Positions 36,470-47,029 of a DNA stretch of 64,000 nt are shown here, piece after piece; position 1 is the stretch's first letter; each line of letters opens with the position of its first letter. Location of the stretch: NCBI GenBank assembly GCA_973895155.1, contig OZ316897.1, positions 1,700,515 through 1,764,514 on the forward strand, in the 5' to 3' direction. The notes under the pieces are model-generated. The model worked only from the letters and a program-made list of their open reading frames with translations. It was not told the origin of the DNA and did no database searches. Both the position numbers and the translations under genes were made by a program. This DNA is from Marsupella aquatica (lineage: Eukaryota; Plantae; Marchantiophyta).

Positions 36470-39400
36470 CACTAGAAGAAAACGTCCCCTTTTGAGACCC
36501 TATGCTTTGTGACTTTAGGGAGACTTTCAAAAATACATGACTCCAAGTTTAGGGGAGTCATTGTTGTTACATTTTATCAACTGATTTTTGGGGGATATTT
36601 GTGAAAGTCATTCCTACAACTTCTGATAAAGTAGCAATTGTAACACGAGTAGGGCAGTCATATGTAAGTTGAATAAGCTACTCTCCATTACGGCATTCTG
36701 AAATAGAGTGCAAGAAGGATTACATGCACTCTAGACATCACGGAATGTTCCATTTACAACCATTGACTTGCGGAGTCGGGAGCACTAGGTGCACATAGAA
36801 GGAATGGGGGTTTAGGGTTGCAGAACTAGTTAAATGTCTTCATGTCAAGAGCATTGTAGTTATCCTAGCCTAATTAAACGTGCATGGGAGTACTTGCCTC
36901 TATAATAGTAAGTCTTATGCTGCTCAATGGATTCCTTAGAGTTCATGGGCAACTTTGACAAGAATATTGGGGTGATATCATTTTCAATTCAGGGCTAAAG
37001 TAGTGTCCGGCCCCCATTCTTTGTCCACCCTCCCTAAGTGGCATGTGTAAGGGTTAATTTATAGTTGCGTTCTAAGAGGTTACAGTTGCGTTCATTTAAT
37101 CTTTGCTCACAAAGTGTCGTGTCCAATTTGCTTTAGGGTACTAACATGTGTATCAACGGCTCATGTCAACGCAAAGTGGTCGAGGCTCATTGGGTTTGGT
37201 TCACTAAGTGTCACTAAGTGTTAAGGTATGCTTTGTGCGTGAGTGTGCCTTTGGACACGAGTTTAGGGTGCGCGGGTTTTGTTTAGGGTTTAAACACGCC
37301 AGCAGAGTGCAAAGTTCAGTTCAATGTGCGTGGGAACTCGGAGGTTTTTGTTTCAGAAAAACTCACTTGTCCATTACGGGGACATTCGTCGTGCCTGAAG
37401 GTCGTCACATTGTGCGCGGTCTCACGAAGTGGGGAGTGTGCTTCGCGATCGGGGCAGTTCCTTCGCGTAGGGGAGTTTTGCGCTTGGAGCTTGAAGGTTT
37501 ACCTTCAAAGCTCTAGAGCATTCAAGCTGAGAGGGCGACCGGCTTGCGGAGTGGAGAGGTGAGCTGCAATGGACGACGAGCTCTAGGACTGGGAGGAGCT
37601 GTGGGCGGGCAGGAGCTACAATTTGGGAGCTGCTCTGGCCGCCGGTCTGGCCGAGGAGCTACGAGCGGAGAGCAGCTGGAGTGGAGCTCGAGCGGAGTGG
37701 AGCTGGAGTGGAGTGCTTCTGTCACACACTGCTGAGGATTGCTACGTAGCTTCAGTTTGGGCGGCGGTGCGAGCAGAGGTGCTGAGAGCGGCTCAGGTGC
37801 CAAAGGAGGTGGTGCAAGCAGAGGTGCGAGCGGAGGTGCTGAGAGCGGCTCAGGTGCCAAAGGAGGTGTTGAGCGGATGTGCTAAGAGCGGAGGTGGTAA
37901 GAGAGGTGCTATTGGATCACTGAGAAGGCTGCAACCTCTCTATCTTATTCCTACTATCTGGCGGTTGCAGTTGGAAGGAGGGTCGAGTGGCAAACATTTT
38001 GTCAGTTGAGGACTTAGCTGTGGGTTTGTCATTTCTTGGAGCCCAATCGCTTGCTGCTAAGACTACTGTTGCTGAATTGCAAGCTGCTTGATCATGAGCT
38101 ACCTAGCTCCATTGTGAGTTGCCTCCCTATTCTCCTTGTTCTCCCTGTCTCCCCCTTGCTTGCAGTTACTATCGCCAGGAAGAATGTGTTTGGCCAAGAT
38201 GCTAGATTGCGACTTGTCTTCTTGCTTCTAGCTCGTGTATATGCTGGCATCCGTGGGGGTTCCTCGAGTTTGAGTCTGCAGAGGAAGAGTCTATCATAGT
38301 CTAATTAAATGTGGGCCATATTACTCTGGTCAATGAATGAGTTCCCTGGAAATAGAACCTCTCTGATTATAGAGGTGCGATTTGGTCAGAATTTTTTCCC
38401 CTCTCATTGTATCCACTGATGCCAACTCACTTTCATCACCTCAATTCTGAACAATGAGTGTAGTCTCAGGCTCCATACTGCCTATACTAAATGGTCTAGC
38501 TGCGATGTCCACCTCGGCTGAAGTGAGCTCTGACTTGGAGCCTTAACATTTGTGTTCTGTGGGGCTGATTAGAGTTGGTTCCGTCCAGAAGCTGCTCTAC
38601 TGAAGTGATAGAGCTTCGGCTTGGAGGTGGATCTTCACTTTTTTGTGGGTTTGAGTGACTTATGTCTAGCTGGGCTTAGCTGAGTCAGTAATACATTCAA
38701 AAGAGGTGAGTATCCCAGACCAACATTTATTTACTCTTGACGACGCCAAACTAATGGCGCTTCAATTTGAACTTTCTAAGTCTGACTGCTGACTCCGCTC
38801 CTTAAAACCTACCTTAATTATATTCATGTCTTTCTTTTGTGCATGCGCATAATGTCTTTCATTCAGTTTAACATTAAATGTGAGACAGGGCTGCATCCAG
38901 CTCTTCTAGATGACAAGAAGGCATTGATCAGTTGCTTTTTGATCTTTCCTCACCAAACAAGAAATCTTTCTTACAAGAAACCTGTCTTACAAGAAATCCA
39001 GCCTGGCCGAGAAGCTGCAAGTGGGGAGGATGTCTGTAGAAATTTGTAAGGAGTGGTTTGTCTCACAATGCCATTGTTGATGAAACCTTGCTTCTGCTGA
39101 TGAAACCTTGCTTCTTCTTAATCCAATGCTTGCTGCCTTGTTACAACGTTTGTCTAGTTGACCGCTTCAGTGCCTATTCTTCATTTCCTGTTGTTCCATT
39201 TTTGGAAATTTATGCTTAAGGAACCTGGATTTCCTTCCCTGTCCCCATGCTATCTCCACTGCACCTTCCACTGCTAGCTATGTTGATTCCTTCCACTGCT
39301 AGCTCTAGACAATGATGCAGTCCAAATGCTGGTCAGTCTCACTGGGGGTGCCGGTGCAGACACAACTCGCATTGTGTGATTGTAGTTTTGCTTTGTCGGG

Positions 39401-40966
39401 ACGAATGTGTTTGGCTAAGATGCTAGATTGTGGCTTATCTTCTTGCTTCCATCTCGTGTATATTCAATTAGTAGAAGTTGGGAACGAAGTGAAAATTGAA
39501 TTTCCTTATATTAAGCATCTTGACCTAGAAACTCAATACATAAACTCCTGGAGTCCCTCGGGACATAAAATGAGCCAAATTGTTTCAAAATTGGGAACCT
39601 GCACCCGCACTACTCAAACAAATGTGTTGGGCTTGGTGGCCTTGTAAGTCGTCTTTAGCTTTTGCGATGGAGGTTGAATCTTGCGGTACGTCAAGGGGAA
39701 CTTGATCTTTGAATCATGGAACTGCTTGGTACTTTCTCGCTTGCACAGAGAGACAGGGACTGTCGTAGTCTTGATGATCTGGATGCAAGGGAACCGAACT
39801 CTATGACAAGAAGCCATCTCATCATACATCTGCTGTGTGGTTGTTTAATGTGGTATCACGATATTTCTTGTACATGTTAGGATAACCTGTACGACTCTGA
39901 TACCTCACCCAGATACCAAAGTTCTTAATTGTGGTGGGCTTCTTTTCGAAGATCTGGTAGACACATTATTCAGCATTTGCTAACTTCGAAACTAGAAGGG
40001 TAACACATTAAACAACAGAGAAACTCACAACATCCTCCTTTGGTCCTTCAGAGTCTGTACTTTGATTATGAAGTTTGACTGAGTTTCTGTTTACTGAAAG
40101 AATGTGACTGTGTAAGAGTTCCGTTTGGCAGTGGATTGGTTGAAGCACTTCATGCTAGTGTGTTGTCCACAGCTCTTCAACCAGCTTTCGTCTTCCTTGT
40201 CTTTCACCACTTACGATGACATCAATTCAGCTAAGACCATAGAAGGTTCCAAAGCATCTAACTTGTAAAATCGCATTCTGTTACATCAAGGACTAAGGTG
40301 TTGGGTGCCAAAGGAGACAGCACAACAAACACGCTGATCGAAAAGACTTCAGGACTGGGTTCAACAAGGTAGTGAAGGTACTTAGAGCCATAGTAAGTAT
40401 GCATTCTGTATCTTTCTCTGTTGATGTGAGCTTGTGCATAATGGGAGTTGTAGTTGGCAAGAGTTCCAAATATGAATAGATCCAGAAGTATGTGATCATG
40501 TACTTGCTCTATAAAGTTCTGAAGATATAAGCATTTTCTGTTAGACCAGGCAACTTGGGAGTTGGTAAGTGTCACCTGCATCTGAGGGGCTACACCGGGG
40601 GCATCAGTGGAGGTTCACTTGCACAACACGACAACCAGTGAATTTTCTCTCTGCTGCAACCTACAAGGTGAGACTTTCGGTCTTTCTGGATGAAAAAACA
40701 GGATTTTAATACGATTGATATACATGTCCGTCGAGAATATGGGTTTATCACCAAGCTCTTTGTCTTAGGAAACTCATAAACTCATAATCAAATATGTACT
40801 ATGCACGTTTCATGCTATGTGTATACTATGACTTGTAGTTGGAACCAAGACAATGAGTGGGAACTGATTAGTTTAGGTGGTTGCTGTTGGCAAGGCAAGT
40901 CGACCTCCTGCTCACCTTGCTCATCAAAGGACGTGAACAGAGGACATCACAACGAAAGCAACACTT

Positions 40967-41416
40967 ATGGTGAGGACCCGCAACGCTGAACATGTGCGAC
41001 TTGCACGCAAGGCAGAGATGTTGCGCCTTGAGTATGTCAGACTTGGGATCCTTCCAGCCCAGTCTGCATGGTACTTTGAGTACCCTGTTGTTTCCAGGAA
41101 CATCTACAGCCGGCCTCTACCTGCTTTAGTACCCTTCCCGACATCCTTGGTATTTGTGTCTCTTGTACATGACCCGCCACAAATTAGGTGCCAAGGGTGT
41201 GTACACAGTTGCCAATATGACTGTCCTGCCTGTAGGGCTTCTGGCCCAGAATTGGATGACCGTTCTCTTGGATGCCGATTTTTGCACAGAGCACAATGTA
41301 TCATCTGGAACCACTCGCCATCCTGCAGTGTGCCTGGTGATGTCACTTGTCCTGCCCTCCCAGACCCCACCACTGGTGACTTTGGTGTCTACACATGTTT
41401 GGATCACATGCTCTAG
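40967..41416 (+). CDS. Small Cys/His-rich putative zinc-finger protein inside the CACTA
   Basis: 149-aa ATG-initiated ORF; basic MVRTR start; CQGC...C...CPAC...C...H...C...C...C...CLDH. Confidence 0.5.
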   Translation: MVRTRNAEHVRLARKAEMLRLEYVRLGILPAQSAWYFEYPVVSRNIYSRPLPALVPFPTSLVFVSLVHDPPQIRCQGCVHSCQYDCPACRASGPELDDRSLGCRFLHRAQCIIWNHSPSCSVPGDVTCPALPDPTTGDFGVYTCLDHML

Positions 41417-42027
41417 AGGACCACTTGTCACACCGCATGCACAGACCAGATACCATTGACCTATAGCTTAACACTCTCACTTCAACACAGAGGATATTTA
41501 CTTAAAATTTTGATGTATGAGAAATTTTGGGTCCAGGGTTTAGGGTCAACAGTACATAACTTATCCTATTATGCCTGCACTAAGCAAAATATCCTAATTT
41601 AAGAGGCTAGCAAACTCGCATAAAAGTCTCTATTGAAAGACTGCTTTCATGACTGCTTTAACCTGGTGAACATTGCAACGTTCAATGAATTAATGGGCCA
41701 TGTGATAACCTGTAAAATGTGATTTATGCATCACTTATTTGTCTCAGCCACTATCATAGCCTATTTAGGATGTATAAATTTCAACCCTTATGACACTGCT
41801 TCATACCAATCCTCTTCGAAGAATGCATGTTTTACATGTCACGACTATTGTATGTCATTCAAATGCATGAAATGTTGTTGCAGATCTCCTTTGGTGAATC
41901 ATAGCCACAAAATTGAGGTGTTGGTGGAGCAATTGTATTAGGGGATCAGGTTTGTGTGTGGGCTCAACATACCAAAAGTATGTCTGCTCTACATCCTTGT
42001 GTGGCCATTCCAATTTATTGCAGTAGC

Positions 42028-42171
42028 AAATGCCTTTGTACCTTAAATGCTAAATATATTTTACTTTCTGTGCAGTCTGCTAAATTGTAGAGTCTATCTA
42101 AATGCCTTTGTACCTTAAATGCTAAATATATATTACTTTCTGTGCAGTCTGCTAAACTGTAGAGTCTATCT
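42028..42171. repeat. 72-bp tandem duplication just upstream of the PHD ORF
   Basis: AAATGCCTTTGTACC...AGAGTCTATCT twice, with few mismatches. Confidence 0.92.
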
Positions 42172-42182
42172 CATGCGCAGGC

Positions 42183-42863
42183 ATGGCACGACCTAAAATT
42201 CAAGCCAAAAAGCGTGTGACAGAGGTGAGAAACACAGGTGTACTTGGGGCAGATGCTACTAACTTCTCTGCAAGTCAGATTTTCCAGAAGCCAGCTCATT
42301 GTTGTGCCATTTGTGACGATGGTGGGGGCCTGGTCATTTGTGAGGGCCCTTGCATGAGGCATTTCCACCTCAACCCGGAGTCTGACCTTGCTGCAGAAAA
42401 CAACTGTCCAGGGGTGGGCCTCCCGTCAACACACCAGGGAGACTGGATGTGCACTGATTGTTTGGAGAAGCAGGCTAAGTGTGCACAGTGTGGGAAGTTG
42501 GGGTCCTATGAGGGCTCTGTTGATGCCGCAGCAAATGTTAGGAAATGTCCAGACCGTTTTTGTGTGAGATTTTTCTGTTTTGAGTGTTTGCCTGCTCATG
42601 CCACAGCTTGCCCACTTCATAGGTGCAAGGCATGTGGTGAGCATGATCACGAGTACTGGACTGACATAGTCCACTGTGCTAGGTGTCCCACCATGTGGCA
42701 CTATCATTGCCTGAAAGATCGTCAAGCAGAGGGTTATGCTTGTGATAGAGAAATCTATGATCACTTTGCACATGGTGTTGATCGATGGATATTTTATTGT
42801 CATCGCCATGCCATTGATCCTACCTCGCGCACTCCTGTGAGAGATCACATATCTTGGCTGTGA
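42183..42863 (+). CDS. Stand-alone EDM2-like composite PHD-finger protein inside the CACTA
   Basis: CAICDDGGGLVICEGPCMRHFH...CGKLGS...CPLHRC...CARCP..WH..CL...YCHRHAID...TPVRDHI follows the EDM2 PHD cluster (CAICDNGG...CEG.C.RSFH...CPLHKC...CRRCPKSYH...YC..HEID...TPVRDHV) in order. Confidence 0.85.
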   Translation: MARPKIQAKKRVTEVRNTGVLGADATNFSASQIFQKPAHCCAICDDGGGLVICEGPCMRHFHLNPESDLAAENNCPGVGLPSTHQGDWMCTDCLEKQAKCAQCGKLGSYEGSVDAAANVRKCPDRFCVRFFCFECLPAHATACPLHRCKACGEHDHEYWTDIVHCARCPTMWHYHCLKDRQAEGYACDREIYDHFAHGVDRWIFYCHRHAIDPTSRTPVRDHISWL

Positions 42864-43455
42864 AGCTGAACATTGTACATGCACAGTGCACCTGATGTGG
42901 ATGTACTATTTTTTGAGATTGCAGAGATTCCAATTTTGAAAAGGAGTTGGGTAGGCGAGTTTATATAGGCAGCACTTATCTTGTGCTCTGGCGTCAGTGG
43001 CTGGGTACATGCCTATAAAAACTTATCCTTACAAGCCTTCTTGGAAATATTTAGGCTGAGTGGTCATTTTCATAAACACTTTCATCAGACTGCTAAATTA
43101 AAACAGGACTTCTAAGTTGTAAGCGTATAAATTATCAGGCATGCAATTAATCAAATTGCCCTATAAGTTTGTCATTGAACGTATCCTCCTTTACAACAAA
43201 ATATGTATGTGCCATGACAAGTTGGTTGCACTTCATTTCACCTTCGATATGGATTTTGTAGTATATATTCAAACAATGTCCTGCATCCGTGCAGGTGCCT
43301 AGTACGTATTGTTCACATATCCCTTGTACCTATCAAAATCGGACCTGAGCACCAGTGGGCAAGATCAACTCAAAAAGTAGGAATTTTGTTGTCCTTGTAT
43401 TGTCAGGTGAACCCATTCTTCCAAAATTCACTGTCATCATGTAGGGTGTGTGTAC

Positions 43456-43600
43456 ATGGAGCCTGGGAAACGTAGAAAGTGTGACCACCCAGCAGTGTTT
43501 ACAGGGGTCAGAGCCATTTTGGTCCATGGCCAGCATGGGTTGACCAAAGTGCATTGGCCAACTGTACAAAAACGATTCTCTGAGCTCCATGGCACTGTAG
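43456..43600 (+). pseudogene. 5' part of the tandem-BRCT ORF
   Basis: MEPGKRRKCDHPAVFTGVRAILV...ELHGTV, which continues as QDITPETTHVV at 32600 on the minus strand. Confidence 0.7.
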
Positions 43601-45164
43601 TCGTCCTAATGTGATGGGCTCCGTGAATCTCCCGTTAATGTGTACTTTAGATTTGGTCCGCATCACTAGACCCCTGACCAGCATTATGATCTTGTCGTTG
43701 AATCCCATTGCTTGCATCACATCCCAGATGAATTCATGTGATACCCTGTCGTAAGCTTTCATGAAATCAAGCTTTAGGAAGATTAATTGTCTCTGGCGGA
43801 GAGGTGCCAGCTCCTGAGCTATTTTGAAAGTCAGAAGATTGTCCATGATGTCTCTTCCTTGTAGGAATCCAGCTTGCTGTGGGTCCACAATTCTACCTGC
43901 AACCTGCTTGATTCTGTTTGCTAAGATCTTAGCAACGATCTTCTCAGTCAAGGTTAACATTGTGAGGGGTCGCCAGTTGAGTAGTTCCATCGTCTCTTGG
44001 TTTTTGGGGATGAGTTTGATCACTCCCGCCAACGCTTTCACTGTCATCTGTCCATCCGCCCAGAAGGCTTGGATCATGTTATGGCAGGAGGGACCCATGT
44101 AGGACCAGCACTTAAGAAGCACCTCGATGGTTACCCCGTCAATGCCGGGGGATTTTTCCTTTGGCATCCCTACGACCACTTTGTTGACTTCTGCTTCAGT
44201 CAGAGCCCGTCCCATAGATGCATTTTCAGCTTCGGTAACCTTCGTTGTGATGAGGTCCAAAGCTCTTTTCTTTTATGGGGAGTGCAACTCCATCTGCCTG
44301 TCCTCCCGGTACAGTTCCTCGTAGAATGTGAAGATCTCCTTGAGTATCTCGTCTTCGTTCTCTATGATTTCTCTTGAGGCAAGCTTTAGCGCCTGGATGC
44401 TCTCGCGTGCCTGTTTTGCTTTAAGTTGATTAAAGAAGTACTTTGTGGGTGCTTCCCCTAGCTGCAGCCACCTGATTCTACTTTTCCTTCGTGTCTTAAT
44501 TGCGTCGTTGCGCTCCCCCTCTCGGACTCGGTCCTCCATTTTATGCAGCTCTGCAATTTTTTCAATGGTAGGATGTTCGCCGACTTCTGTTCTAAGTCTT
44601 TGTAGGGTATCTGCCATTTGCCAAGAGTTCCATTGTGTGCCACGTTGCTTCTTCACCGCTTGAAGATAGCGTTTAATTGCTGCCCAGGCTAGGTCCCAGT
44701 TGACCCTAGCGTCCCTATTTCTTGATGGTGTGTGTGCCAGAGTTTTTCAATTCCTTCCTCAATTTCAGGGGAGTCAATCAGGTTATCATCCATCTTGAAG
44801 TAAGATGATTTGCGTTGTCCCGGGTGTGTTTTCACCTTGAGCACCATAGAACAGGTTACTGGAATGTGATCAGACAAAGTTTGTTTGCCGTCGTGTGTCA
44901 CGGATTTGATGTAAGCGCACCAGTCGTTTTGTGCACTGCTGTAAATTCTATCAAGTCTTGACTGGTCAAATCTATCCATTCTACTGGCTTGCCGTGTGTA
45001 ATGGGGACCTGATCTGGAACCTGCGCATAGATAGTTATCGACTAAGTTGAAGTGATCAACCAATTTGTTCCATGCCCTGCTTTCTGCTCCATGTATCAGA
45101 GTGCTCGTTCCTGCTGCATCATCCCATAGATCAACCATGTTCAGGTCACCACAAAGAATCCATG
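43601..45164 (-). mobile_element. L1-type LINE, 5' part (truncated APE endonuclease and RT N-terminus)
   Basis: WILCGDLN, SRLDRIY, SDHIP, KSPGIDG, NWRPLT, KLDFMKAYDRV; TSD copy at 45165-45179. Confidence 0.93.
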
Positions 45165-45179
45165 ACACCCAAATTACCG

Positions 45180-46950
45180 TTAGAAGTGACATTCACAAAA
45201 ATCAGTTTTTCAGGATCCATTATCTTAACTTTAGGTATCTTCTCTCGCAACAACACCCTCTCTCCGTCAGGGACATCCCCTACAGGGACCTTGTCAGCTA
45301 CTAAGGGTTAGGTTAGAGCGATACTTACCTTAATGCTCTTTTGCCCTCCACCATCTCCGTTTGGCTTGCCACTTTTCGTGGAACAATCCTTACTTTGATG
45401 GCCCATGGCGCCACATGTGAAGCACGAACCTTCAGCCCGCCTTTGCTCCATGGTCGCCTGCTTCTTTGCTTTCTGTGCCGATGAGGCTCCTTTCTTAAAG
45501 TTGCCAGCCTTTCAGTTTCGCTTAGCTTCTCCATTCTGGGGCTGGGGCTCCGAACCATCGGCCCCCGCCCCCTCGGGCTGCTTCCGCTTATTCCCGGGAC
45601 CTTTTGCTTTCCCAGCTTCCCCCTCGGATCCCTTGCCACCCACCTTCGCCAAGTCCGGTCGGTTATTCACCAATGTAGTGGACTTGTCGAAGGTGTCAAA
45701 AAGCGTTTTGAACTCATGACGCTTTTCTTGCAACTTTTCCCTGAGCAGCGGTGGGAGCTTCACGATAAAGTTATGAAGCTGTGTATGTAGGGTCTCTTGT
45801 CCCGCCGGGATACATGCCAACTGATTCTGGTAATAAGTGATGAACTTTTGGATATCACCCCTGAAACTCATCTCCGTTACGCATTTCTGAGCATGCCGCT
45901 CCGGGTACTTAGTGGTGACATGAGCACGGAGACCCTCAACCAGGTTTTCCCAAGTTAACGGCAAGGAGGAGTCTTCTCGCAACTTCTTCCATGACTTGTA
46001 CCAAGTCAAGGCATAGTCCTTCAGGTAAGGAGCGGCTGCGGTAGCCCAAGTGGAACGCTCAATGCACGCTTGGAGATGAATCTCCATTGTGGAGAGCCAA
46101 CTCAGGAACTTTTGTCCACTTTTCTTGTAGGCCCCGTCATAAGTTGGAGGAGTCGATAGCTGGTTCACTTGGAACATACTCCGTCCAACTACCATTCCCC
46201 CTCGGGACGTGACGCACTCTGACTACCCAGACTAAGTAAGTACTTAATCTGGGCCCCCTTGTTGTGTTCCAACTGCTCATAGATGAGTCGTTGGTCTTGA
46301 GTGAATGGACCCAGACCGTCGGCGGCGGCTGGGCCCTTGCGGGTTGTATGAGGATGGTCCTCCAACCATCTTTCCTTTGCGGGCCGCCTGTCCTTAGGTT
46401 CTCTTGTGGATTTTGGTGACACTCCCCGCGTCTTGCGAGCACCATGACCTCCCGGGACTGAGGTATCACCCGCATCATCCTGGTTCTGCTTGGTCAAATT
46501 ATCCACGATGACGTCCGGCTCGACATCATCCTCTAGTTCCGCATTCAACCCTCTCAAGGCTGGGATCAGTTCCTCCTCCAGGTCCTGACCCTCTTCCTCT
46601 ATCTCAGCTTCAGCGTCATCATCGCTTGCAGTTGCGTTGGAGTCATCATCATCCGACCCATCCTCTGAAGGATCAGCCGCCTCCTTTCCTTTAAGTTGAC
46701 GGCGCTTTGCACTTGACTTATTTGCCATAGCGGTCGACGGTTTGGCCGTTGCGTCTTCTTCATCCTGCTTGTAATATTCGTCTAGGGAAGCCGACCCGTC
46801 CTCCTTCTGTTCATCATGAACTTGGGCTCTCCCCTTGGTGGGGGGAGCCTGCTTGCCACTCTTTGCACAAGTGTTTTTTGCCATGTTCCCAGCAACCAAA
46901 TCTGCCCGCAGTCGACCCGCCGGGCATGTTGAAGCACTAAGTCCCCGCAA
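45180..46950 (-). pseudogene. Chromovirus gag (frameshifted) and start of the protease
   Basis: YLKDYALTWY...LTWENL gag motif; zinc knuckle CFTCGAMGHQSKDC at ~45380-45425. Confidence 0.88.
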
Positions 46951-47015
46951 AAATCCGTTAAGATTTTTGGATTCCGACTTAGCACAACCCCGGCCCGGTG
47001 TCTATGCCAGCAATC

Positions 47016-47027
47016 GCTCTGATACCA
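47016..47027 (-). promoter_or_regulatory. Primer-binding site complementary to initiator tRNA-Met
   Basis: TGGTATCAGAGC on the minus strand, 2 nt after the 5' LTR. Confidence 0.93.
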
Positions 47028-47029
47028 CA

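Larger units (their letters stand above)
32602..43600. other. ~11-kb inversion
   Basis: LINE RT codons ...TLGR|GVRQGCPL are split across strands; both CACTA termini face the same way; three TSD pairs are reverse-complemented. Confidence 0.92.
36470..43600 (+). mobile_element. CACTA transposon, cargo-bearing part (inverted)
   Basis: CACTAGAAGAA at 36470 preceded by CAC (reverse complement of the GTG TSD); joins the BRCT ORF at 43600/32601. Confidence 0.88.

Noticed and set aside
32602-45164. Two separate LINEs recombining to cause the inversion
   Set aside because: The two parts do not overlap, join codon to codon and share one 15-bp TSD, so this is one LINE.
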